Made by a program: the position numbers and the translations under genes. From a virus, in IMG/VR virus record IMGVR_UViG_3300009008_000029, positions 11,784-75,783 of that record: a DNA stretch of 64,000 nucleotides; one strand, given 5' to 3'. The notes beneath the pieces were generated by a model. It searched no databases. It was not told where the DNA came from and was given only the letters and a program-made list of their open reading frames with translations. Numbering within the stretch: the stretch's first letter is position 1; every line of letters starts with the position of its first letter. Of the stretch, positions 1-8,281 are shown piece by piece.

Positions 1-146
1 TATGACCGTGGGCGTGGCCCGCTGGATTGACAGATAGAGAGAGCAGCCTCTGCGGCCTTGTGTAACAGACCGACAGATGGAAATGTGAACGAACAAGTTG
101 TGCTGTAGTTCCCCTGCTTTTTGCGGGTGGTTAGATGGGAAAGGAC

Positions 147-230
147 GAAACAGATAGGCACAGATCGCATCTTTGCGCTGTCCATAGGCTCGTCGCAGCC
201 GCTGTTTCTCTATAACACGGATTGGAGGAA
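147..230 (+). promoter_or_regulatory. Candidate structured 5' leader RNA (three-way junction, alternative RBS-sequestering stem)
   Basis: GAAACAG 147-153 / CTGTTTC 202-208 encloses two hairpins (157-183, 187-200). TTTCTCTA 205-212 can alternatively pair with TGGAGGAA 223-230. Confidence 0.35.
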
Positions 231-233
231 GGG

Positions 234-1448
234 ATGCAGATCTCTCTAGAGGCACTGGGTCAAGCTATTGCACCCATTGAACAACTGGGACAGGGGGAGT
301 TGACGTTTAAGGTGGGGGCCACCCCTATCACCTTGAGGATTATGACTCCTGAAGCTGAAATCGATGTGCAACGGTTTGCCAACGAGACCTTGGACGATGA
401 CGGGAACATGGCTGCCACAGCGGATTATCTGGAACGCTTCAAGTTGGCGGTGTTGTCGCATGCCATCGTTCAGGTCGGGGATCTGGATCTCCGGGGTGTG
501 AAGACCGTTGAGACGGGCGAGTTTCTGGATGATGGGACGACGCCCAAGAAAATCACGAAGATTAGGGCTGTCCGGGAAACGATCCTCAAGTGGTCCGGTT
601 CCATCCGGCTCGCTGTGTTCCGTAAGTACGGGGAACTGGTAGAAGAGGTGGAACGCAAGGCTGAGAAGGCCGTTGAGTTCAAACCTACGGACATCGATGC
701 TGAAATTGAGCGGGTTAAAGCCCGGCTCAAAGAACTGGAGGATGAGAAAGCCAAGGGGTTGGAGAATCCCGTTGAGACCCCCGTGGGCCGAATGTCCAAA
801 GCCGTAGCCGCCAATGATGCTTTGGAACAGGCGGAGACCAGCGAGAAGCTGAGTCGGATAGCCGCCGGGCAAGTCGAGCCTGAAGAGGTAGAACCGGCAC
901 CCACACCGCAGAAACCGCCCCAAACGGCCCGACAGCCCGTCACACCGACCCAAGCGGCCCCTCCGCCCCCGCCTAAGCCACAGGAGCCACCCTCGGCCCC
1001 TGTCGCACCCCAACAGGCACCTGAGCAGCCGTTACCGGCCCCTCCGCCCCCGCAGGACTCATTTGTAGATTCATCGGACCCGGATCAGATGAACGCAGCG
1101 GTTGCGGAAGAGAATCGCCGGTTGATGGCGGCCCGGATGGGAACGTCGGCGGCCCAGATGCCGGACTCGGTACTTGCTGCCGCCGCTCAGGTTGGAATCG
1201 CCAAGCCTCCGCACCTTGAGGCCCAGAAAGCGATGGAAGAGTTGGAGAACACCCCGACGGAGGATGCGACTGCGAAACCCGAACCGGACCCCCAGCCGGA
1301 TCAGCGTCCCACTTTCCGGCTGCCCGTCGAAGAAGTTGGGCCTCATACAGGGGGCCAGACGGCGGGTGAAGCACCTCAAGTGACGTTGAATGATCCAAAT
1401 GCGGGGAAAGGAACACGTAACCCTCGTTTCAGGACGCCGCAACAGTAG
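234..1448 (+). CDS. Putative tail/baseplate assembly chaperone with Pro/Gln-rich disordered C-terminal half
   Basis: ATG at 234 follows GGAGG (224-228), preferred over TTG 222. The N-terminal ~170 aa pattern (TLRIMT..E...LSHAIVQVG...ILKW...VFRKY) resembles tail assembly chaperones. It lies two genes upstream of the tape measure, and a coiled coil and a Pro-rich tract follow. Confidence 0.55.
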   Translation: MQISLEALGQAIAPIEQLGQGELTFKVGATPITLRIMTPEAEIDVQRFANETLDDDGNMAATADYLERFKLAVLSHAIVQVGDLDLRGVKTVETGEFLDDGTTPKKITKIRAVRETILKWSGSIRLAVFRKYGELVEEVERKAEKAVEFKPTDIDAEIERVKARLKELEDEKAKGLENPVETPVGRMSKAVAANDALEQAETSEKLSRIAAGQVEPEEVEPAPTPQKPPQTARQPVTPTQAAPPPPPKPQEPPSAPVAPQQAPEQPLPAPPPPQDSFVDSSDPDQMNAAVAEENRRLMAARMGTSAAQMPDSVLAAAAQVGIAKPPHLEAQKAMEELENTPTEDATAKPEPDPQPDQRPTFRLPVEEVGPHTGGQTAGEAPQVTLNDPNAGKGTRNPRFRTPQQ

Positions 1449-1464
1449 ATGATGGGAAGGGCTG

Positions 1465-2649
1465 ATGCAGAGTGCGTTGCAGAGTACCACACCGGATCAA
1501 CGCCACCCTTTGTACCGGGATGTGGAAACCCTCATCGCTCCGGGGTTCCTGAGTCAGCACGTCACCGTTAATGATGTCCCTCTAGCCCTACGGTCCCTTT
1601 TTCCGGGAGACATTTATCTCCTCCAAGCCCGAGTTGGTAATGGCGGAGATTCCGAATGGAAAAACTGGGCCATCGCTTCTTCCATCTGGTTGGTTCAGGG
1701 GTATATGGTCTCGGACCCGAATCTTGTCCCTCGTCTGTACCGGATGATCAAGGCACTCCCCAAACGGGCGAGAGACCGGCTCTTTTCCATCGTAGTCTCG
1801 ATGTTCGACCGCCAAGGAAAAGCACTGGAGGCTACCGAGTCCTATTGCTACGAGACCTTTTCCCGATACCAATGGCGAACCTACGGAGGTCATAACCCAA
1901 CGGATCACATGGGAATCTCCGGGTTGGAGAAGCTGGGGACAAATCACATCCAGAGAATGTGGACCTTCTACAACTCGGTTGAAGATCAACGTATCCAAGA
2001 TGACCGAATGTGGGAGGGGTTCAAGCTGTCTATCTCGCCCCACACCAAGGGCGTCAAGAAGATCGACCAGAAGGATATTCAGCAGCGGCGGGAAGAGTTG
2101 GCACGGCGTCAAGAGGTCCAAGACAAGTTCTTCTACACTGCAACTGGCGTGTTGGAAATTGGACCCAAGGGCGAGGTCAAGGATGCACCTCCGGGTATGG
2201 CGGTCAAATCCGTCGAGGATTTGGAGCAAGAGATGTACCGGTGGGTGACGGGTCAGGAGGACCAGCACGACGAGATTGTCAGGGCGTACAAGGAACGCAT
2301 TTCACGGAAGCATCAGGCCGCCAAGGAGGAGCGGGAACGTCGGGCTGCCATGATGCGTGAAGAGTATGACGACAATGCGGTTTTGGCATCGACTGCATTG
2401 GTTGGTTATACGGCGGACCAGTTGAGAGAGGTTTTGAAGGGCCGCAAGACGGGTGTGAAATCCGTTCTGCCGGGAGGCGGTGGTGTCCGAGATTATCTCT
2501 ATGAGAAGTATATAGAGAGGCCCGCTGATGCTGGGTTGTTGAAAGCCGAGAACGGCCAGTTGAAGGCGGGGGGTGGTAAAAACCTGACACCCCACTTAGA
2601 TGGGCGTCAGGTTCCTTTCCAAGTGGATGACTCGGGGAGCGAGGAATAA
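1465..2649 (+). CDS. Second putative tail assembly chaperone-like protein with charged helical C-terminus
   Basis: 394-aa ORF immediately upstream of the tape measure. Its N-terminus (LALRSL...AIASSIWLVQG...IKALP...LF) parallels that of the preceding gene. Confidence 0.45.
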   Translation: MQSALQSTTPDQRHPLYRDVETLIAPGFLSQHVTVNDVPLALRSLFPGDIYLLQARVGNGGDSEWKNWAIASSIWLVQGYMVSDPNLVPRLYRMIKALPKRARDRLFSIVVSMFDRQGKALEATESYCYETFSRYQWRTYGGHNPTDHMGISGLEKLGTNHIQRMWTFYNSVEDQRIQDDRMWEGFKLSISPHTKGVKKIDQKDIQQRREELARRQEVQDKFFYTATGVLEIGPKGEVKDAPPGMAVKSVEDLEQEMYRWVTGQEDQHDEIVRAYKERISRKHQAAKEERERRAAMMREEYDDNAVLASTALVGYTADQLREVLKGRKTGVKSVLPGGGGVRDYLYEKYIERPADAGLLKAENGQLKAGGGKNLTPHLDGRQVPFQVDDSGSEE

Positions 2650-2652
2650 GCC

Positions 2653-5600
2653 GTGGCAGGTGCAAACCAAAATGTTGTTGATGTCCTTTTAGGAATTGAA
2701 CCCAAAGGATTAAGCAACTTCAACAAAGCACTGACTCAGGTCTCCATCGATGCCATGACCACGATGTCTAAGCGTGGGGCAGAGAAATTCCTGAAGGAGA
2801 TGAAAACCACCTACGGGAAGCTGGAAAAGGCTCAGATGGAGTCGGCCAGAATCCTGCACAAGCTCAAGAAAGAGGAACTCACTGATATCCAGCGGCGGGA
2901 GTTGACCCACCGTCATCAGATGCTGCAAGGGGACATCAAGGACATCGAGAAGCGGTCCAAGATGGAACTGGAAGCAGCCGATAAGGTTGCCAAGCGTCGT
3001 AAGGCCCACTTTGAGAAACAAGCCAAGGCTCAGGAAAGGATCGGCAAAGTAGGAGAGGTTGGGGAGCAATTCGGGGAGGAAATGGCGAAAGCCTTTGCGG
3101 ACCTGACCTCCAAGGACATCGGACAGATGTTCAAGGGTCCATTGACCCAGATGGGTACCCTCACCAAGAAAATGGGAGAGGGTATCGGTAAGCGGGCGAA
3201 GCCGGACAGTGCAATAGGCAAGATCGGGGGCATGATGAGCAAGCTGGGGCCAGCGTTGATGGCTATCGGGGCCATCGCCGCCGGATTTGCCGCACTTCTC
3301 AAAATCTTTATTGATGCCGATGCTCAGGCCAAAGAGTTCAACCGAACGTTGATGGAGTCGGGTGCCGCAGCCGGGGAACTGACGGACAATTTAGGGGTTA
3401 TCGGGACTAACCTTACCACTATTCGAAGTGCCTTTACTGATTTCTCGTTCAACCGGATATGGGGTACTACCGCCAAAGATCATCTTGAGATTCTGGGTGC
3501 CTATGCGGGAGCGGGGATGACCTTCAAGAAATTAACCCAAGGCATCGACGACGCTGCGGGCAAGATGCAGACTCTTCAGAAAGCGACCTCCCAGACGCTG
3601 GCCTACGCCAAGCTATTTGGACAGACCAATACGGAAATGGCTGGGAACATGGGGATGTGGATGGAGGAATTGGGGCACAACTTTGAAACCATTGAAGAAG
3701 CGTTATCGGGCATTCATGATGCTGCGATGGAATCGGGTTTTGGTGTCAAACGATTTTACGGAATGATCCTTCAGGCCACCTCCGGGATGTCAATGTACAA
3801 TGTCCGGTTGAACGAGACCGCAGGGCTTTTGATGCAGTTGTCTAAGGTGCTGGGGCCAAATAAGGGGGGTGAGTTCTTACAGAACCTGCTGGGTGGGTTT
3901 AAAGAAACTAGCACCGCTGATCGAACAAAGACGGTGATGCGGACGGGGGAAGACCGCACGATTGAAATTCTCCGTAAAGGTGCGACAGATGCGGTGGGGG
4001 ACTTTAGGGACAAGATGAAATCTAGCAAGGCAGGGGAGGAGGTAGCGGCGCAGATTGAGAACTCCTTGGGTTTGAAGAAGGGTGAGAGTCAAACGATGTC
4101 ACCCGAGAAGCTGATGAGTAAGCTGGGGAATCTCCCCGATAATGCTCGTGATGACTTGGTATTTGCAATCCAGGCGTTGGATGAACCTCTGGCCCGCCAA
4201 ATGGCTGCTGTGACAAACAAAGCATTGGTGGCCCAAGGGGGGCGGGGAGGGGCGCAAGCATCCTTGCAGTTTGCTTCCCCTGCGGAGGCACTCGCCATCC
4301 AGTTGAATGAGCTTCAAGGTGTTTTGGGTAAGCGAGTGGACCAGATCGATCTGACGAATGAAGAGGAGCGAATTGCTTGGGAGAACATTACTGGAGTCCA
4401 AGGTGAGGCGGCACTCCAATTGTGGGAGGTTGGGAACAACGCCTCTGCTGCAAGCCGGATGCTGAAAGAGGCTCAGTCCCAGTTGAAAAAGACCCCCAAG
4501 GACATAGACAAAATCAATGAGAGATTACATAAGCAGGGGTACGAGATTGGTGCCTCCGGGGATGTCTATAAGGTCCGAAAAGAAGTGGATGATGAGGGGG
4601 AGAAGCATTGGGTTCAGGTGGGGAACATCATCGGAACTTCGGTCGAGGATGTCATTTTGGGTTCCGGTGATGAACTGGCCCAGATTGCAAAGGAAAAGGT
4701 GCCCGTCGATATTGCCCTCGCTCAGGAGGTAGCACGCAGTACGACTGAGATGACCAAGATATTGGAGCAGGGCGTTGAGTATTGGTTGGAGCGTATCCAC
4801 GGGGGAGTCGAGGATCTTATCAATATGTTCGGGGGCGGCAAGGAACGTAAGGCCCGTGACAGTTTGACGAGAGACAATAGGATACAGACGAAAGAGGCAC
4901 GTACTGCTTTACGTGACACGGAACGTCAAATAGCGGCTTTAGAAGTGGAAAAGACATCCACGACTTCGAAAAAAGAAAAGGAAGAATTGCAGCTCAAAAT
5001 CGATGCCCTCCAAAAGGGGGCAGACCGGCAAAAGGCCGCCGTTGAGACGCTCATGAAGGATGCTCAGAGATTGCAGCAGGTGGAATCGAGAAAAGGGTTC
5101 GGCAGTAGGCAGAGAAGCAAATCGGAACTGCGTATCGCAGCAAAGATGGGTCGTGGAGATGCTTCCTTTTTCCATCAACGACCTCAAGTGGTACGGGATA
5201 TCGGGCTGAATTTGGCGAGCGCAAAAGGGGCTGGGGCGGGTCTTTCCCAGTTGGAAACGGATTTCGACGGTGCGGCCTCCCCTGATGGTGATTTGGGGAA
5301 GGAATATAAGCGGTTAGGGGAGGAATTTGCAAAGACACTGTTTTTGGCGGCGGAAAAAGGCGCACAGCCCCAATTCCTTGCACGGGGCGACAGCGCACTT
5401 GACCCCAGTTTCCAAAAGAACATCTACAAGAATGTCAAGGAAACATTAGGTGCCGACGAGATCGTTAAAACTCTCGATGAGATACAGACAAGAAACGAGT
5501 TTGCGGCACAGAAGCGGGAAGAGGTGTTGGCGAAAGCCGACAATGACTTCTTCACGTCCCGAGCGGAAAAAAAGCGAGCGACGGAATTAGCCCAGAAGAT

Positions 5601-6081
5601 TGTTGAGGAAGGTAAGGGTTGGGAAAAAGAGAAACAGGAAGACGATATCGCCAAGTATCTTGAGATGACGGGCCTAAGCAAAGGTGATGCGAGGAGAGGA
5701 GCAAAAGCATTAACTGGGACGGGCAGTTTCGACAACAACAGGGGTTTGTTCACCGATGAGAGAGCCTCGGCAATCCTCAGAGATCTGGGTGATTCCAGAG
5801 CACTCGATTGGGGTAACAAATATATGTTGGAGGAACAGGTCAAGAATATCGGTAGTACCCCACCCGCCGGTGACCTCGTCATGCAGATTGGCAGCGAGGG
5901 CGTCAAGTTCGCCCAACGAGTCGATCCCGGAGACGTTGGAGTCTTTGCTAAGGCCGGGGGTGCCCTCGCAAATGCAAAGGGTGGCGGTGGCGGTGGTGTG
6001 AACGTCTATCACCTCTACGGTGAAGGTCCGGGTGTTTTGAACACGATTACGAAAGCCCAGCAGTCCGGGCTGTTGTCTTGA
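2653..6081 (+). CDS. Tail tape measure protein
   Basis: 1142 aa, GTG start after GAGGA. Ala/Gly/Lys/Glu-rich and helical, with one hydrophobic stretch (LMAIGAIAAGFAALLKIFI) and a Gly-rich C-terminus. It sits between chaperone-like and hub genes. Confidence 0.8.
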   Translation: MAGANQNVVDVLLGIEPKGLSNFNKALTQVSIDAMTTMSKRGAEKFLKEMKTTYGKLEKAQMESARILHKLKKEELTDIQRRELTHRHQMLQGDIKDIEKRSKMELEAADKVAKRRKAHFEKQAKAQERIGKVGEVGEQFGEEMAKAFADLTSKDIGQMFKGPLTQMGTLTKKMGEGIGKRAKPDSAIGKIGGMMSKLGPALMAIGAIAAGFAALLKIFIDADAQAKEFNRTLMESGAAAGELTDNLGVIGTNLTTIRSAFTDFSFNRIWGTTAKDHLEILGAYAGAGMTFKKLTQGIDDAAGKMQTLQKATSQTLAYAKLFGQTNTEMAGNMGMWMEELGHNFETIEEALSGIHDAAMESGFGVKRFYGMILQATSGMSMYNVRLNETAGLLMQLSKVLGPNKGGEFLQNLLGGFKETSTADRTKTVMRTGEDRTIEILRKGATDAVGDFRDKMKSSKAGEEVAAQIENSLGLKKGESQTMSPEKLMSKLGNLPDNARDDLVFAIQALDEPLARQMAAVTNKALVAQGGRGGAQASLQFASPAEALAIQLNELQGVLGKRVDQIDLTNEEERIAWENITGVQGEAALQLWEVGNNASAASRMLKEAQSQLKKTPKDIDKINERLHKQGYEIGASGDVYKVRKEVDDEGEKHWVQVGNIIGTSVEDVILGSGDELAQIAKEKVPVDIALAQEVARSTTEMTKILEQGVEYWLERIHGGVEDLINMFGGGKERKARDSLTRDNRIQTKEARTALRDTERQIAALEVEKTSTTSKKEKEELQLKIDALQKGADRQKAAVETLMKDAQRLQQVESRKGFGSRQRSKSELRIAAKMGRGDASFFHQRPQVVRDIGLNLASAKGAGAGLSQLETDFDGAASPDGDLGKEYKRLGEEFAKTLFLAAEKGAQPQFLARGDSALDPSFQKNIYKNVKETLGADEIVKTLDEIQTRNEFAAQKREEVLAKADNDFFTSRAEKKRATELAQKIVEEGKGWEKEKQEDDIAKYLEMTGLSKGDARRGAKALTGTGSFDNNRGLFTDERASAILRDLGDSRALDWGNKYMLEEQVKNIGSTPPAGDLVMQIGSEGVKFAQRVDPGDVGVFAKAGGALANAKGGGGGGVNVYHLYGEGPGVLNTITKAQQSGLLS

Positions 6082-6089
6082 GGTAGGTA

Positions 6090-6710
6090 ATGGGGCCGAA
6101 CGAGACAAGCATCTTCCAATCGGCATTTCAGTCGCCGGAGGATGAGTTCAACACCAATCTCGGTGTCCGTCCGTTTGTCTTTGACATTCTGGGGCCGGAC
6201 ATGGAGACCAGTGTGTTGCCCCGCAATTTGAGAATGGTCCTTCATGCACCCCCTCAGTCCGTCAACATCAGCTACAGCAAGCAGATTGAACGGATTCAGA
6301 CGAGAGGTGGGTTCGTTGAGCAGCATTGGGGTGAGGGTGCCCGGACCATCGATTTCAGTATGGTCACAGGGGGCTTTATGCGGCTTTTCTCCGGGCTTTC
6401 TAATGTCACCGGGGGTCCGGGTGCGGAAGACACCGGTGGAAGCCGACGTGAGTCAATCTCGTATGACAAGTATCTGGATTTCCTAGCCCTCTTCCACAAC
6501 AACGGGTCCGTTTACGATGCGACCGGCAAGATTGTCTTTCAGGGGATCATTCAGGTGACCTTTGATGGTGGCATCTACAACGGGTGGTTTTCTGATTTCA
6601 AAGTGACCGAGGATGCATCACGCCCCTATCTGTTTTCCCTGACCACGAATTTCACAATCGACCGGGAGATCCAGAGATTCAGGACACCACTTCCGGCAGG
6701 GGGTGTGTAA
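6090..6710 (+). CDS. Tail tube initiator / baseplate tube-like protein
   Basis: The motif PQSVNISYSKQIERIQTRGGFVEQHWGE..TIDFS...YNGWFSDFKVTE...FSLTTNFTI is typical of tube-fold proteins encoded after tape measures. RBS GAGG. Confidence 0.6.
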   Translation: MGPNETSIFQSAFQSPEDEFNTNLGVRPFVFDILGPDMETSVLPRNLRMVLHAPPQSVNISYSKQIERIQTRGGFVEQHWGEGARTIDFSMVTGGFMRLFSGLSNVTGGPGAEDTGGSRRESISYDKYLDFLALFHNNGSVYDATGKIVFQGIIQVTFDGGIYNGWFSDFKVTEDASRPYLFSLTTNFTIDREIQRFRTPLPAGGV

Positions 6711-8278
6711 TGGCTCCGACTACGGATTTTGCACCCATACCGGGGGGTCAACACCCCAGCACGAAAGAAAGTGATAGGAGGGCGAGGACTCCGGCCCCAA
6801 AACAGTTCAAGGCGGCCAAGAAAGCCAAGGTGAAACAAGAGCGGGTACTGGATACGGTTGAAACCACTGCCGTCGCCGAGGTCATGCCCCCGGCTCCTGA
6901 AACGGGCGAGGACGTGCAGATCGGGTCCATCGATGCAGTCCAGAGAAAAAACCTCAGTGAGAATGCACAGGCCCGCCGTGAAGCCGACTACGAGGAGCGG
7001 TACAACCAAGCGGTTGCGAACTCCGTCAAGACACCCCCGGACCCCGATAAGTATGTAGGGCTGCAAGCCGGACCAGAGTTGCAGATTCAGGTGGAAAACA
7101 GCCTGACCCGTCCGATGGACATGACCTCCTCGTTGCTCCGGCGTCTTTCCCCCTTCATGATCCAGTTGGAACCTCCTCTGGTGTACGGGGAAGATGGCGG
7201 CTTCCTGAACAAGGGCGGTAATCAGATCAACACCTCGGCCTTTGATGCGGCACAGCGAGGTGCTAGAGGGTATGAGAGTGCCCGCACTGCTTTGTCTCAG
7301 TCCGCCCTCTCTGTAGGGGTCAACAGCAATGTGACTTCGGCGGACGCCTTTGTGTCCGCCAACTCCCAGATTGCCCCCACGAAGGCGGGAAGCTCGGATT
7401 CCAACCCGTCAGACAATTTGGGGGAACCGGCAATCGCAGATCTGATGACCGCCGCTGACATCGCATGGCAGTTATCTACCGTGTTGAATGCTCCACCTTT
7501 GGTGTTGCTTATCAATCCAACCTCGATGGAGATCACCTACACGAAGGTTCAGCAGTTCCAAGACAGGACTCGTTACGGGTTTTTGTTTCAGGCGTGGGGC
7601 GAGGAACAACCCAAGATCACGTTTTCTGCCCGGTGCGGAGCCTTCGTGACGGGTGGCAAGGGCGTCCAGTATGCCAGCAAGCGGGACTCCCGTGCGTGGC
7701 AGAATCTGATGAACGCCTTTCACTTCTACAAGAACAACGGGTACATCTACGACACCATCGGGAAATCCAACGCCCATCTCTTTGTCGGTGCTTTGTCCAT
7801 CCATTACGACCAGATGGTCTACTACGGCAACATGGAATCTTTCGGGTGGGGTTACGACGAGAACAACCAGTTGGGTGGGGTGGAGTTCTCGATTGAGTTC
7901 ACCGTTACCGCCATGTTGGATACGGCCCAGCAGAAGTTCGTTGTGACCCCTATGAAATCTCCAATCCCCAGTCTGAGTGACCCTCGGTATTCCGGGATTG
8001 AGTCCAAATCGAAGAACGCCCCCGGTGAATTCTCGGTGGGGGCCGATAGTGATGGTCTCACGTTGACGACCGGCGGTCGGGATGTGAGCGTGGATGAAGC
8101 CTTCAGCAGTACGGTTGGGGCCGACTTGTATGATCAACCTCCGTCACCGGGGGGCATTGGGGATTCGGGGCCGTCTGAAAAGGGCTTCACGGAACCCACA
8201 GAAACGACTGAACCGGGAGAGCGTGAGGTTACGGTTGCGACGGCCACCTCCACGACGAAGCCTTTCGGGATGAGGTAA
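6710..8278 (+). CDS. Second tube-initiator-like protein with acidic, low-complexity N- and C-terminal extensions
   Basis: TAATG overlap. The central domain INPTSMEITYTK..DRTRYG.LFQAWGEEQPKITFS...YYGNMESF..YDE...FSIEFTV aligns by eye with the preceding gene. Confidence 0.6.
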   Translation: MAPTTDFAPIPGGQHPSTKESDRRARTPAPKQFKAAKKAKVKQERVLDTVETTAVAEVMPPAPETGEDVQIGSIDAVQRKNLSENAQARREADYEERYNQAVANSVKTPPDPDKYVGLQAGPELQIQVENSLTRPMDMTSSLLRRLSPFMIQLEPPLVYGEDGGFLNKGGNQINTSAFDAAQRGARGYESARTALSQSALSVGVNSNVTSADAFVSANSQIAPTKAGSSDSNPSDNLGEPAIADLMTAADIAWQLSTVLNAPPLVLLINPTSMEITYTKVQQFQDRTRYGFLFQAWGEEQPKITFSARCGAFVTGGKGVQYASKRDSRAWQNLMNAFHFYKNNGYIYDTIGKSNAHLFVGALSIHYDQMVYYGNMESFGWGYDENNQLGGVEFSIEFTVTAMLDTAQQKFVVTPMKSPIPSLSDPRYSGIESKSKNAPGEFSVGADSDGLTLTTGGRDVSVDEAFSSTVGADLYDQPPSPGGIGDSGPSEKGFTEPTETTEPGEREVTVATATSTTKPFGMR

Positions 8279-8281
8279 CGG

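Noticed and set aside
27-60. Perfect TTGACA sigma70 -35 box
   Set aside because: There is no -10-like hexamer at 16-18 nt spacing.
131-183. Hammerhead ribozyme suggested by GGACGAAACAG...CTGTC
   Set aside because: The required CUGANGA core is absent.
1403-1452. GGGAAAG (lambda G/GT slippery heptamer) near the end of the first chaperone-like gene
   Set aside because: It is read GGG-AAA, not G-GGA-AAG. The next gene is not in the -1 frame, and its frame has a TGA at 1450-1452 before the start.
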